Notes: generated by a model not told the origin, from the sequence alone. Numbered from the whole stretch's first letter, positions 36,762-50,606 are shown. The stretch: DNA of 63,785 nucleotides, filler included, from Sphacelaria rigidula (GCA_964200075.2; 11 parts of 11 records of this genome joined end to end with filler, not necessarily neighbours in it), one strand, 5' to 3'. Made by a program: numbers and translations.

Positions 36762-37130
36762 TGGACCGCGAGGGGGCGGGTCCTCTGTGGAATGGGCATC
36801 AGTTTCACTCAAAAACATCCCGGCAAGATGCCCGCGCGGGTAGATCACCTGGTATTCCAGTGACTTTTCAAGAGAAATTGAAACTGATTGAACAGAAGAT
36901 GAGCGATGCTCGAGATCAAACGGTTATGAACCTCGACAGCCAGGTTGGGTGAAAGGGTGAACTATCTGACGGCCAGGAAGGAGACGGGTGGGGCATCACT
37001 TGAGCGGGCATCATTTCACTTGTAAAATGACGGCAAGAGACCCAGATGATCCACTCCAGCGATCAAAAGGATAATTCAACTATTTTGACCACCAGGGTGC
37101 CGTACGAGCTGGGCCAGCCTAAAAACGGAT

Positions 37131-37236
37131 TTAACCCTTAGACCGCGAGATAAGTCTTTCTGGATCATGCATACTTTTTTTCACTTGGAATTGATGCTGA
37201 TTCAACAGAAGACTAACCTCGCGGTCTAACGGTTAA
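37131..37236. mobile_element. piggyBac-type MITE (~100 bp)
   Basis: TTAA-CCCTTAGACCGCGAG...CTCGCGGTCTAACGG-TTAA. Decayed relatives at ~36150, 36770, 37000, 37950, 38660 and 62900. Confidence 0.88.
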
Positions 37237-38752
37237 ACTCTAAAAGCAATATCTCATCGACACAGACGAGTTGGGCCGTGATCCGCATATCCCAATCAAG
37301 GGAAAGGTGCCCATCTGCTCAAAAATCTGGGCCAATTTTTTCTCGTTGACTAAACCCCATGTCTTGTGATTCCAATACCTAGCGGAGATCGCGCCAATAC
37401 TGAAATCTCGATGAAACTCCCGATCGATGCATTTAGCGGATAGCGACGAATTTTGGTGTGGAGAACCATAAAAGAATGCCGAATAAAAATAATAAAATGG
37501 GCCTTCATTATTTTTTTTCACAGAGGTTAGGGCGTTCTCGTGAAGAAACGGTCTTTATCATAGTAGAACGCCCTACACCAGTGAAAAAGATTGAAAAGAA
37601 TCAATCCGACCTACTTTTTGTTTTGTCAATCATGCCTTAGAGAGCGTCCACACAAAATTTCAATACACGAAAATCGAACACGGGCCGGTGAGTGGCCTGC
37701 GAAATACTGTTCCGAATGTCTACCGACCCGGTTTTGTAAAGGCCCATGCTCCCCCGCCAATATTTAGAGTTGAACCCTGAAAATTGGTATGGACAATGAA
37801 TAGGGCATGAAAAAAAGTTACATCGACACCAGAAGTTCTTCTTTTTTTCATGAGTTATGGGCAAGGTTAGCGATATTTATTAAAAAAAGGTGTCCGAGAA
37901 ATTTCGTCATCGACCAAGTGGTGAACACACCTCCCAGGATGGGTCATCTATCTGTTAAATCGGCATCATTTTCACTCCAAAAATGACTGTATGGCGGGGA
38001 CGACCCGCCCCGCGGTCAACAGGTTAACCCTCCCATCACCAGGAACATGGGGAGCAGGTCATCATTTGCTGAATCCGCATTATTCCCACGTGAAAACTGA
38101 ACTTGATGCCCAGATTGCCCAGCCTGGAGGTCAAACAAACGGTTGACCCCTTGAGCATCCGCGCCAGTGCGTAGCTGGACGGGAAGAGAACAGTAGTCCT
38201 TGGGAGGGGGGGGTTTAGGATCAGATGAAGATAGTGATCTTTGGTGGAGAGACATCCCACGCATATCGAGGGCCATCGACACGCCTAAACATGTATGCCA
38301 TGCGCCGGAGACGGTACAGATGTCAGCACATGAGCAACGACCAGGAGCGCTTCGCTATCTCAGAACGACCAAAATTCTCGGGCCAGTACCAGTACCAGTA
38401 CCAGTAAAGCTCGCCGATAATTTCCTCCGACAGCCGACAGCCAGCTGAGCAGGTCGTGTCCAACAACTTGCCATATACAAAACCAATGAATGCTCGTACA
38501 GTGCGACCGCAGCGGTAAGCTTACTCCCTCACAAGCCCGTGCTACCAGTAACTGCGGCGAGACATGCGAGTTTTCTAGTCGTTGAGTGCTTCCACAACCA
38601 TCACGAGGGTATACGAGCGGGTCAGGCTGAGAACGGATTTGAACGCCCCGGGCTCGAGCAGAGGCCATCTGTTGAATTAGCATGAGTTTCACTTGGAAAA
38701 TGAATACATGGCCAGATAATCTACCCTCGCGATCAAAGGGTTGAGCTCTCAC

Positions 38753-38948
38753 GTCGTGTCTTGTCATTTTTTTTGGGGTATCGAAAGCGTGCGGCGGAAA
38801 AAAAGTAGTTGGTAATCTGATACGTCAAACATTTATTATCTCAGGTGACAGACAAAATACGTGTCGTGGACGAACGTACTGCATCAGATACGAGAAAAAT
38901 CGTTTCCGCCGTACGTTTTCGATCATGAAAAAGGGGTGAGACACGGCC
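38753..38948. mobile_element. Harbinger-type MITE H1 (diverged), abutting a partial H2 copy
   Basis: CGTGTCTT...AGACACGGCC termini followed by TCA. Confidence 0.65.
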
Positions 38949-40334
38949 TCAGGCCGCTTCTTGCAGCAAACCAGAAGGAAAATTATGAAAAAATGCATGT
39001 TTGGTCCTTCTGCGTCGTTTCAGGCTCCAAGAGAGGGCTTGGCGGATCGGAATGTTTCTTTTCAACCGCACTTTTTCTATCGACACATGATGTGCTAAGT
39101 AAGACACGGCCCAAGTCTGCTATCGTCAGATAGCAAAAACAACAAAAATTGAAGTAGAGGACGGTACCCCGTTTACTGCGGGTCGAGACGACTCAATAGA
39201 CATCGCCATCCCGGCCGGAGAACGCCCGGCGAGGCCGCTCTAGCATCGATGGCTCTGCGGTCGCAACATCTGAGCCACGCTAAAGAGCACACTACGCTAG
39301 CCAACGGACATGTATCCTTTGAGACCACCGTTGCTTCACACTACAGCAGCCACCCTAGCGGTGGAACACTTTGGGCGCCTCGGCAAGTGCGGAGAGGACC
39401 TGCTCGATCAGTTGGCTTACCAGTGTCGTGGTGGGAGGAGAGGGTTGAAGGAATACCAGTAAAAAATGGGATCTCTTAGACAGGATCAGGCACGGGATAT
39501 CATTAACGACTTTATTTTGCTTGCTTTATTTTTTATATTTCTTGCACGTATCGTGCTAGTGTGATTTTTTCTGAGCCCAATTTTGTTATTTTTCATTTCC
39601 CTATACGGTATCTGTTTTAGATAGTTACCCGGTGATCACGGAAAGTCTCTGCATCAGATGCCCTGTACAGAGTACTGCGCAGATATCGAAACGGTTGTCA
39701 ATGTCAAAAACAACAACGCCTCCGATAAACGAGGTTGCCATCTCCAGGCGGGTGAAACGCTACTGCTCAGCACCGCGAGGTAGAAAAGAATGGGGTTGGG
39801 AATAGTTGTAGTAGCCTTAAACCAAGGGCGTGGGGTTGAAACCTAGACGTAACTCAAATAAACTGGCAATGATCACACTCCCCCCCCCCTGTGATGCAGT
39901 TACACAACAACACTAGACCAATCATCCCGACCGGGCGAAAAACCCGAAAGAGAACAACATTAACGATAAAAGTCCCGAGAATCAGTTACAATAGAACAGA
40001 CAAGCCTGCCGTAAGCGGGACAAATACTTGAATCTAGCCACGAAACGGGCGGACCCAAAATTACAGCAGACACAATAATGATGGTGAATATCTACAAAAA
40101 CGCGGAAACACACAGTCAAAAAGCACACACACGCGCGCGCGCACAAAATTATTTGCATAACGATGGCTCACCCGAACGACAAGCCTCGGACATATGCTTG
40201 AAAAAAAAATTGATGAGATGAAATAAATAATAAAAAAAAAACGAAACATATGAAGAAGAAAAAAATAGCAACCACGAGCTGTGAAACATAACACTAACGT
40301 GCAAGACAGACAAAAAACATCAAACGAACCGTAC

Positions 40335-40465
40335 CTCTCCGCCTCGAAGAACAGGACAAGCTTGTGTCGATCGAATTGAAATTCGGCATCCACGATCTTC
40401 ATGGGGAGGTTGCGGTTGCGAACCTTGGCCTGGCACACGAGAAGAATCTGCGCTTCTTCTTGCGT
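40335..40465 (-). CDS. Internal exon of a PSP1 C-terminal domain protein (PSP1/YaaT family)
   Basis: TAG acceptor and GTAC donor flank TQEEAQILLVCQAKVRNRNLPMKIVDAEFQFDRHKLVLFFEAE(R), which matches the PSP1 motif LPM.IVDAEYQFDR.KL.F.F.A..R. Confidence 0.85.
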
Positions 40466-41800
40466 CTAGTGGATGACAAGACGCACGAACAGAAAAAACC
40501 GCCAGGGAACAAGACACCAGGAGGGGGGGGGGGGGGGCGTACTCCTTTGTTGCGTGNNNNNNNNNNNNNNNNNNNNNNNNNNNNNNNNNNNNNNNNNNNN
40601 TTAATTAATTAANNNNNNNNNNNNNNNNNNNNNNNNNNNNNNNNNNNNNNNNNNNNGGGTGTCTTTTGTTGTTCGCCTCAGCCCTTTGGCCATTGAATAC
40701 GCACCCCTTTCAAGACGGAGCACGGCGCGGGGGGGGGGGTGACCGTCTGATGGGGAACTACTGTTTGATATTGCTGTACGATACAGTACATGATGTGAAA
40801 GTGTGTGTGCGCGCATCCGTGTCGGGGCTAGTACGTGAGAACTTGTACGGATAGGTTTACATAAATGTCTGTGTTGGATGGCCGCGTGTTGTAGCAGCTC
40901 GAGCCAGCTTCGCGCACTATATGTCTCGTATATATCAATGTTGCGACATGCGTCGAACCGTTCCGGAGCCTTTGCAGCTACCTGACCTTCTCGCAGCGAA
41001 ACTTGCAAAAAAGATAGATCTACATCACAAATAACGCATTTTTTTACAACAGAAATCATGAACAAGTCCCGCCGCCCACCACATGTCAACCCAACCCAGG
41101 CCCATGCTAAATCAAGGTACAGATCGCGGTTATCTTTTGACGGGTACACAAGCACCAGCTCGTCGTCAAGCAAAAACGCTATTTCGGGTACATCCTCACA
41201 AGCCCCATCGTGAGGGGCGAGAGAGGTATGAGCCGGATTCATCACTCGCGGAACTTTTCACAACTCGTTGTGCCGACGAATACTCCGCAACAAAATACCG
41301 GCCATCCCTGACTTTATTGCTTCGCTGGGAGTTCAGCCCTCACTATCGGACCCCTCCTGTCTGTCGGCTTTTATGTTGGAAGAGAGGGTCGACCAAGCGT
41401 GGTCACCCGTGCAGACATGGCTCCATAGCTACGGTACCGAGCCTTACCGTACACGTATCATAATCCAACGCGCACACAGGAATCATTTATACAAAAGCCT
41501 CGATCAGATACCATTCGACAGGTCGATGTACATGCAATTTATGCTAGGATGTATTTAACATGGACAGCGCGCGGTGGGGGGCAGTGATTTGACTGTGGTT
41601 CGTTTGAATTTTCCCGTATTTACCCCTTGTCGCATAGGGCTTTCTTATCAACGAGACACTTTTTTTTTCTTACTTTTTTCATCACTTTTTTTTTCTAGCT
41701 TCTCCCAAAACAAAATGCTTGGAACAATCCGACGCAAGATTTTTGGAGAAGCCCCAAGTCAGTCTCAAATTCTCACATTTTTCGGGGGAAAAGTCTTTTA

Positions 41801-42230
41801 GGCCGCTCGTTATAGCAAAAAAAAACCGAACAAAATGCTTTTTTGGTCCTTATTCGTCGTTTTACGCCCTCGAAAAGAGCTAGGCGGAGTTTGACACCTT
41901 TGAATGATTTGATCTACTCGGTGAGACGGTTCTCAGACATCTTCAGGTTGTTCGGTGGCCGCAGATAATTTATTTTGGCCAAATTTGATTTTTTGTCCAA
42001 AAACGGTCAAGAACGCTCAAATCTAGAAAAAAAAATGTAATTTTCTCTGGACCGTCTCTGGACAAAAACGCTTGTTTGGCCAAAAAAAAACTGCGGCCAC
42101 CGAAAAACGCGGAGATGTCCTGGAACCGCCTCAACGAGTAGAGCAAGTCATTTCAAGGCGTAAAACGACGAAGAAGACCAAAATATCATTTTTACAGTAT
42201 TTTTTTGTTTGATTCTTGCAAGGAGCGGTC
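41801..42230. mobile_element. Harbinger-type MITE family H2
   Basis: TIRs GGCCGCTC.. and ..GAGCGGTC, TSD TTA, long internal inverted arms. Confidence 0.85.
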
Positions 42231-42765
42231 TTATCGATGAAAAGATCGGATATAATATATATATATATATATATATGGATCTGTTTTGGCCACTTGGAAT
42301 CCGGTCTTAGCCACATTCGAACGATTCATGCCATTTTCGTCTTGAACAGAAGTCATGCCGTGACGAAAGGGATTTAGGCCGAAACGATGCAAGCTTCTAA
42401 ACAAGCAGTAAGCTGAAACGAAGACATTTGGTCCTTTTTTTGTTGTTGTTGCAATTTTTGGGTTATAATAATTTTTTTGGCCTCCCAAAAGAGGCGAAAT
42501 GCCACCATTTTAGGGGCGACTGCTATTTTTTCGCCGTTTGGCCGCACGGGAACAACGACAATCGTAAATTATATATATATATATATATATTACTCGAAAA
42601 CACGCGAAAGAGTTCCATAAAACAAAACAGCATCGGACACGGTCAGGGCCCGTACAACAGAACGGAGCAGCCTCACGTATGGGAAGGATGGACTGTGTAC
42701 AGTAAAAGCGCAGAGTGCAACAAAAATACGTGTGACGGGGCAACACCATTCTCTGTGCTACCCAC

Positions 42766-42884
42766 CTCGAGATGGTGCGCTTGGCATAGCCTACACCCGC
42801 ACAGTTCACCGCCACAAAGGGATTTGAGCCGAACTCTGCTCTCGCCAGCTCCAAAGCTGCCGTCACTTCAATCTCGTTCGTCAC
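42766..42884 (-). CDS. HSD17B10: Internal exon of a 3-hydroxyacyl-CoA dehydrogenase type-2-like short-chain dehydrogenase
   Basis: TTTTCCAG acceptor and GTGGGT donor flank VTNEIEVTAALELARAEFGSNPFVAVNCAGVGYAKRTIS. This matches the DVTSE.DV..AL..A...FG....AVNCAG segment of HSD17B10/scully. Confidence 0.8.
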
Positions 42885-44084
42885 CTGGAAAAAGACGAAA
42901 CACAAGTACAAAGCAAAATGGAGAAAGACAAAAAAAATGAGATCCACATAGTCCGTCGATTTGTTGCTGACTGCCTGTACACGTAAGTGTACCATCATTT
43001 CTCGCAACGCTCACGCCACGTATCAGATTCGCGGGAAAACGAACGAAGCAAGCACCCCGTAGTACCGTTCGACACGCTGCCGGAGATCAGCCCGCACGTA
43101 GACGTCTCAAAGTACCAATCAAGACATCAGTACGACGTGGATGTGAGAGGCCGTTTCACCAAGGACATGTTTGGCGCTCGTGTTTTCTCTGGATCGCTCT
43201 TGTTGACGAAAAACGACGCGATGAACGTATGCCGCACGGCCGGAAGGTGGGGGGACTCACCGATACTGTCTCCCAATATAACGCCCAGCGGGAAAACAGT
43301 ACGTACGTACTCCGTGGGTTGAACGTCAAATTCGGAGCAAAAATCAACGCTATAATAGTCCCTATTTAGCTTCTCCATGAGGCTAACGGCATGGAACAAA
43401 AAAATATGTGATCCATCATCTTGATGTGGAACACTCGACTTTTGACTTCCCTGGGTTCCGTGCGCGGCGGGTCTCCGCCGTCAGGCTGTGAATGTCTACA
43501 AGGAGTGATGGATTCCAGGATGTAGTTTCAGCAGTCCACGATCAGTGTGGGGGCAGTGCTCAGCATGCTGCAGGCAAGGTGTGCGCAATGTTGCACACTG
43601 ACTTACGAGCATCGTTGGTTCGGTCCAAGTCACTCTCCAATACTCCCAATAACACTTGAATGATACTTGCAAAAATGCCCTGGCGATCTGTCTTGCATTC
43701 TTGGCCTGTGTCGTGCCAAACTACAGTTTTGTACCGTGCGATTCATGTAATGATACACATGTATAGAAAGGACTACCGTAGAAGACGGTGTATATTAACC
43801 CCCTTCTCTAGGTGATGACATTCTGGGACACGGAAAAGTAATCACCCAGGCGGGGTGTGTGGTATATACTACGTACAGATCGTATACAGTATACCGCATT
43901 ATACGGTACAGAGGTGAAACAAAAATACGTGTACAACGCGCGGCCGATAGGATGGATAATGACGATAGTCGGAAATTAATTTGCAAGACTAGTTCTACTG
44001 CACGAGCCCACTGTCGACTTTTTTCGGTAGATTTTCGTGCATATTTGGTATATATATACTTCGAAGTATATACATACAGTGGTT

Positions 44085-44780
44085 TGATTGATTGATTGAT
44101 TGTCGCACTTTAACTGACCCCCCAGGGGTTCACCCGTGGTCTCATGATAGACGTACCCAACAAAAATGAAACTGAAACACGCTCTGAGGCCGCTTCTCAT
44201 AATAAACAGAAATAAAAAACTGGAAAACTGCTTTTTTGGAGCTTTTACATACTTTTACGCCTGAATAGAGAGCTAGGCGAAGTTTGACACCTTGCAATGA
44301 TTTGCTTCACTCATTGAGGTGGTTCCAGGACATTTCCCCGTTTCTCGGAGGCCGCAGTTTTTTTTTTGGCCAAAGAAGAATTTTTGGCTAAGAAGGGTCA
44401 AGTCCAGATAAATATGGCGAATTTCTCTGTATTTGACCTTTTTCGACTGTTCTAGGACTAACATTCTTGGTTGGCGAAAATAAAAACTGCGGTCACCGGA
44501 GAACACGAGGAAATGTCCTGGAACCCCCTCAACGAGTAGAGCAAATCATTCCAATGTGTCAAAGTCCGCCTAGCTCTCTCTTATGGCTTAAAACGACGTA
44601 AAATCTCCAGAAGAGCACTTTTTCAGGGTTTATTTTTGTCTGTTATAAGAAGCGACCTAAGGAAAAAAAAAAAACGAACAAAAAAAAAAGAGAGGAAGAA
44701 AAGAACGACATAAAAAAAAAAAAAGGGAAAAAAAAAAAAAAAAAAAAAAATCACAAAAAGAGAATTTTTTAAATATTTAT

Positions 44781-44822
<42 letters not shown>

Positions 44823-45010
44823 GAACAAAAAAAAAAGAGAGGTCGAACAGAACGACATATCAGACTAAGTCGTGACAAAAAAAAAGGAATAAAAGGTCAA
44901 CATAAGCAAAGCACAGAAATAAATGGCCGACCTAAAACAAGAAAAAGGAAAAGAAGAGGAATGTACAAAACAAATTAAAGAAAATACAATAAAACGATGG
45001 GAAAAAAAGA
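44085..45010 (-). mobile_element. RTE LINE 3' UTR/tail fragment split by a Harbinger-type MITE
   Basis: (CAAT)n tail at 44085-44102 and the conserved 3' core. The UTR resumes after 44660. Confidence 0.85.
44188..44657. mobile_element. Harbinger-type MITE H2
   Basis: TIRs GGCCGCTTCTCATAA and TTATAAGAAGCGACC, flanked by TGA/TAA. Interrupts an RTE tail. Confidence 0.85.
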
Positions 45011-45057
45011 AGAAAAGGAAAAGGCGTAAGGGATTACAGTACACGCATATATGCTGT

Positions 45058-45450
45058 GCCGACGCGCCCCGGTGGTGTAACTGGTAGTGTTGATGGTGGT
45101 GCAACTAATGGCACAACTGGTGGTACAACTGGTGGTACAACTGGTGTTCAGCAGCACGGGCCAGTCAGAGCGGAAGGTCGTGGAACCGAAGCCCAAACAA
45201 CGCGATCACTTTTGAGCAGAATCTGTTTTTTTCGCTGTTGACAACGTAGGGCCGCGGGTAGTAACAGAAAATCCAACGAGAGTCGTCTCGGTGCCGGAGT
45301 GTTGATCCAATCCGCGATAGCAATATGTCAGGCATGTACATGTAGGACTTGTGGAAGAGATGGGTGTGTGTCTTGAGACTACGGGTTCGTTCCGTGGAAG
45401 GAGAGGGGTCGCCTGTAAGCTCATGAGGGGGGGATAAGCCGCAATAAACT
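45058..45450 (+). mobile_element. tRNA-derived SINE with a multiplied A box
   Basis: GCCGACGCGCCCCGGTGGTGTAACTGGTAG head, tandem CTGGTGGTACAA units, and the shared GAGTGTTGATCCAATCCGCG core. Confidence 0.65.
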
Positions 45451-46464
45451 ACAGAAGGAGGTTCAGTTGCAGAATCTCGGTTGTACAGTGTAGCAAAATC
45501 GAGCTACAGAACCGCTTTTTTTTTCAATGTATCCCGGCGACGATGGGCACATGAACTGATCGCGTCATCACCGACTACTTCTTCCCACAACGTGGACAAG
45601 TCGGGTGTCAACACACGTCAATATGTTTGCTGCTTGTGCGCTAGTCCGGAGGGCGGAGAGGTTCGGAGATCTTTTCCCGGAAAAAGACACGGGATTGATC
45701 GCTCGTCGCGTCCTGTAATGGTTAGTAATTGTTTGTAACTGTAACTGTTAACGGCAAAAATGTGTGCACATAATCGATTTTCCGGGTGCGACGGTTGCGG
45801 TTGCTGCGTGTTTCGGGGTTGCGCGTGTTGAGGGTAAGAAGAGAACTTGTGTTTTCCAAGACGACTGTATCCCAGAATGTCCATCATGAGGCACGGCGGG
45901 TAGTGGTCCAAAACAACTATGGTAAGGTGCAACTGCAGGTCAGAAAATGTACGCCCCAAAATAAAGACCACGGCCGGTGAACCCGTTGAATATCTGGCCC
46001 GAGGGTGGTGCACGAATGGAGAGTGCAGAAACTAAGCCTCTCTTGCGGATGACTGTTTGAAGCGAGAATGATTCGGTGCCCTTCTTCCGCAGAGATTATG
46101 GGTGAGAGCTCATTCATGTCCAAATAGTATGGTCCAAAAAGAGCCCAAGTATATATATTTTCTCCCCAAGACTTTTTTGCTTTGCTTCGTAAATGGGTGC
46201 ACGTGCTTCTTACGCACGGCCTTTTGTTCACCGGAAGCCACGCTGCAGGGGCCGGGCCGGCCATTTATGAGTTATTTCGTTGTCTACCTTCATCGTTTCA
46301 TTTCTATCCCCCCCCCCCCCCCCCTAGCTAGGCAACCAGGTTACCGCTTTTTTTTTGCGCGCTCNNNNNNNNNNNNNNNNNNNNNNNNNNNNNNNNNNNN
46401 NNNNNNNNTTAATTAATTAANNNNNNNNNNNNNNNNNNNNNNNNNNNNNNNNNNNNNNNNNNNN

Positions 46465-46900
46465 CTCCGTATACTCCGCCTCCTGCGTGATGTTTTTGAC
46501 GGGGGTGTCGTATCTTATTATGGTTTTGTCGTTCATGGCTCCGGGGAAGCCCTCTGTACCGGCTAGGACGGGCCCCGAATGATCAACCGCCGCCTGATGA
46601 GCGATTGTCGGAGCAAGTAGCACATCTTGCACATTACCGCCGTGGCGTCGTGAGATTAAACAGCCGCTCCGTATAATTCGTCTCCTTTCTGGTGTTCGGG
46701 ATGGCGGCTTTACATCGGATGATCGTCGTGTCGTTCATGACTCCGAAGAAGCCCACTGGGACGGCCAGGATGCGTCCCGAATGATCAACCGTCGCCTGAT
46801 GGGCGATTGTTGGATAAACTTCCCCTCCCGTGTACAGTCGTTGGAGGCTGAAAGGGCAGCGGTCCCACTTGACATGAGTAACACCCCAATAGCTGCAAGC
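46465..46900 (-). pseudogene. PIF/Harbinger DDE transposase fragments (two tandem diverged copies of one segment)
   Basis: THVKWDRCP...YPTIAHQATVDHSGRILAV..GFFGVMNDTTII and PTIAHQAAVDHSG...GFPGAMNDKTIIRYD carry Harbinger/Plant_tran-type catalytic-region motifs. Confidence 0.85.
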
Positions 46901-47931
46901 AAGGCCCTCATTGATTGGTCCTCGCGCATTAACGGACAACCGAGGGATCCGGGCGTAGTCACAAGATTGACGCGCCCACCGTCAACGACACGAAAACATT
47001 TGCCGAGGAGAAATATTAATGCACAACTAAAAAACGCAGTCAACGAAGAAATGAAGCCAAGTGGTAAAACGGAAGGAAGGCAACACACCCGCAAGTAACA
47101 GCCTAGAACCGGCTAGCACCTCCAGCATTGCGCCAGGCGCGAAAGGCCGTGGACAAGAAACGCACACGCACGACCCTGCATGAAAGAAAACGAGAAGGTC
47201 GTGGCAAAGGATTGTGGTTCAGCTTCTTCGGTACCAGGAGTTTTGGGAAATAGCTGTTACCTTAATCCCTACGGAGCTAACGCACAAGCAATGGCGCCAT
47301 ACATCACTGAGAGTCGGAGAGAGACAAAAAAAGGCGAAAAACGAAACAATGGCGCCCCGCTACCAATGCAACGCCCAGTGTCCACATCCGGCGCTCACAG
47401 CGCCACAAACGCCACAACAGCTCTACTCGCTGCCCGTTTTGTGTCTTCGCCCTTCCCCGTCTCGGACTCCAACCCCAGCTTCCCGCGCGCGCCCTCGCAA
47501 CCATCACCCCACCTTTGAGTGAGAAGGCGAGCCGGGCAGCCACAACGGTTAACGCAAAACCCGCGAACAGCACCACGCCATAGGAGAGTATGAAATGTAC
47601 AAAATGTACACCATCACCATTGCCACACATACACGTATACGTCGGAGCGTTACTGTGATCTGCTCGGCCCCGACGCTCCAAGGACGCAACCCCCCGCTTC
47701 CAACAACCTCTGAGGTGGTACCCTGGGCCCGGTTCTGTATGCCAGTCATTTAGGCACTCTGTGTGTGTTGGGAAAGCTTCTGCAACGGGGTACTGCGTGT
47801 ACACGTGCACATCGATCAGTCGGCGCCGCCACAAGTGTGGATGCAACCGGCGCCCAAGAGGATTCGCCTGTACTGTCCACCAGCGTTACGACCAGACGAC
47901 CGTCTCCACCTAAGCCCTCCACGGGGGCTAA

Positions 47932-48121
47932 GGGCCTGTCTTAGCACATGAGTTTTCGATAAAAAAAAGTGCGGTGGAAAACAAAAATCCTGATCTGATG
48001 GGTCATGATTTCAACCATCTTTAAAATGAACGACAATGGTTGAAACTACGACCTATCAGATCAAGATTTTTGCTTTCCACCGCACTTTTTCGATCGAAAA
48101 CTCACTTGCTAAGACAGGGCC
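47932..48121. mobile_element. Harbinger-type MITE H1
   Basis: Near-perfect palindrome homologous to the 9876 and 30108 copies. Confidence 0.8.
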
Positions 48122-50369
48122 TTGCTGGCGATGGTGATGACGGCGCCGCGGCAGGTGCTTGCCCAGGCGGAGTCGACGGTGAGTCGTCGGCGCTGTCTGC
48201 CAACGTTTCCGAGACACGACACTCCTAATGCATCGATTCACTGAGTAAGGCATGCCGGCAGCGGCGGCACGTAATTGTTCAGGTGATGACGCCGCGGCCG
48301 GTGCTGATTAGAGGACCCGGAGGTAATGCGTCGGCACTGCCCGTAAACGTTTCCGGCAGACTAACATCCCCAGTGATCCCTTCACAACCGCAGGAGTATC
48401 GGCACCGGTTGCACGTGGGTCTTCAGCCGCCGCCCCCTGCGGCACGTGCTGGTGGGGGCGGACTCGGAGGCGATTCGTTGACACTGTCCACAATTGTTTC
48501 CAGCAGACAGACATCTCCAGTGGTGGGCCCATTCATAGGGGCAGGAGTATCGGCGCCGGTTGTACATATGACCTGCTATACACCTGACGTTTCATGAATG
48601 GCGCGGTGTCGAAGTCGTCGACCTCGTCCATCAGGGCGATGCTCTCTCTCAAATTGGCCAGGTCAATCTGCTCCATCTTCCGAGCGGTCATCGCTAAGCT
48701 GCACTATACCCACTCCCCTCGATTCTGGGAGTTTCCAAAGATACATCGACCCTGGTGTCGCAAACTATCCAGAAAAGGATGTAAAAATGACAATAGGGAA
48801 AATCATGATCCTTTTGTCAGCGGATAATACTCCAGTCGTTATCCTCGATCTCAACCTGGTGTGCTTTCAGGCTCGACTCTTGTTGTTCTTTTTATATATT
48901 TCTTTTACGTATTCATGTTCAGCTTGCTACTCCTTCTCTGATTTTTTTCGTGCTATTCTGTTATCTATTGTCTCTGTCCCCTCCGAGCTATTCTGCGGCG
49001 AGTGTTTCCGTCTATTTTACCTTGGGTGCGTATATCTTGTGGATGATGACCAGGACTGGGTTCGTGTAGGATCATTGAAATTTTTAAGGTGCGACAATAA
49101 AAAATCTATTCCGCGGGGAAACGGCTGTACTCTCGCAACTCACTTCTGTGCTTCTTCCTTCATCTCCTTCTGGGTACTCTGCCGTGTGAGGTCGCACCGG
49201 CGCTCCAGGGATTATCCATTCGACTTCTACAGGTTGCCGTGGCCCACGTGCACAACTACGGACACGTACAAGACGGCAGAGGTTTCCACATAAACGCCCG
49301 TGGCGAGATGTTGAGTGCAATGTCATGGATTCATCTCGGCAAACATTTCGGCGTAAGTCAGACGCAGCGACATAGCGCACCGTGTGCCAAATACGGCTTG
49401 CGGTATCAGATCGGCCAGGCGGGGTAGGGACAAACGACGACTGCTGCATTGCATCTTCTGTACTTCTCGACACTATCAACTCTGTATCGCACAGCAGTGT
49501 ACTGTACTGTTTTCAAGTGCAGCGTAGTGCAGTGCCATGTAGTGTAGTGTCGTGTGGTGTTCTGGATACTGTGCTATTGGACTATATCGTGCTGTGCTCT
49601 GAAATGCTGAGGTGTACTACTTTTCCAATGTGTTTTACTGTGTACACTGTACTATATACTCTGAACTACAGACTGTAGACTGTACTCTACTCAATTACTG
49701 CTTCGGGCACATACATGATGAACCGGTGCCCTAATTGTCGCTCAGAGTCGTTCGCCCCATAATTTCGGCGTTCAACCAGGGAAGGAGAAATTTATAGGTT
49801 TCCGTCAGGCGCTTTAGGAACGCCGGGACAACGAGGTTCTCATAGCTGCGGGCCCCCTGCCTCAACGTCTCGTCGATGGATATCGTCTTTGCCTGGCGGA
49901 TGTCTGCCTCAAGTATACCAGATCGCAACGTTCTAGAGGATCTTTACATCTGTGCACATAGCGGTCTTCCTCTCGGCGGAGTGAGTGCTAAAAGTACTGT
50001 TCGTGGTCTGCTGTACATGACGTCCGTGCAAGACTCTGTGAGAGAAGGCGCACATAATCTTTTTGAAAGTTGGGATATAACATTTTTTATTTACCCCCTG
50101 AAGAGCATGACTCTCCCGGTAGAAAACTATCCCCAAAAATCTTTGCACCCATAATGGGGTCCCTGTGGATCTATCCGTCGCAACTCTGAATCACCCCCGA
50201 TTTTGCACAGAGATGGAGTCTCTACAGAGCCTGGATTTGTCTTCATCAAAGCTAGTCTTGGACCACCGGGTCGCGGCGAGATGTCCTTGTCGCCATCATT
50301 ATCGTTATCAATATCAATATCGTTGCCATTACCACCATTGTCATCATTATCATGTTTATAATTATCGTT

Positions 50370-50606
50370 TTTAGGTCAACCATTTCCTTCTGTGCTTTGC
50401 TTGTGTTGACTTGTTTTTATTTGTTACGACTTAGTCTGCTATGTCGTTCTGTTCGATTTTTTTGTTTTGTTCTATCCCCTTTTTTTTTTCAGGGCGTGTT
50501 TCAGTTTCGTTTTTCTTGGGTACAGTACGTCTATCACGAGACCACGGCTGGACCCCTGGGGGGTCAGTTGAAGTGCGACATTCAATCAATCAATCAATCG
50601 ATCAAT
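50370..50606 (+). mobile_element. RTE LINE 3' UTR/tail fragment
   Basis: Ends GAAGTGCGACATTCAATCAATCAATCAATCGATCAAT. Older decayed copies lie at ~15850-16075 and ~48880-49100. Confidence 0.85.
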
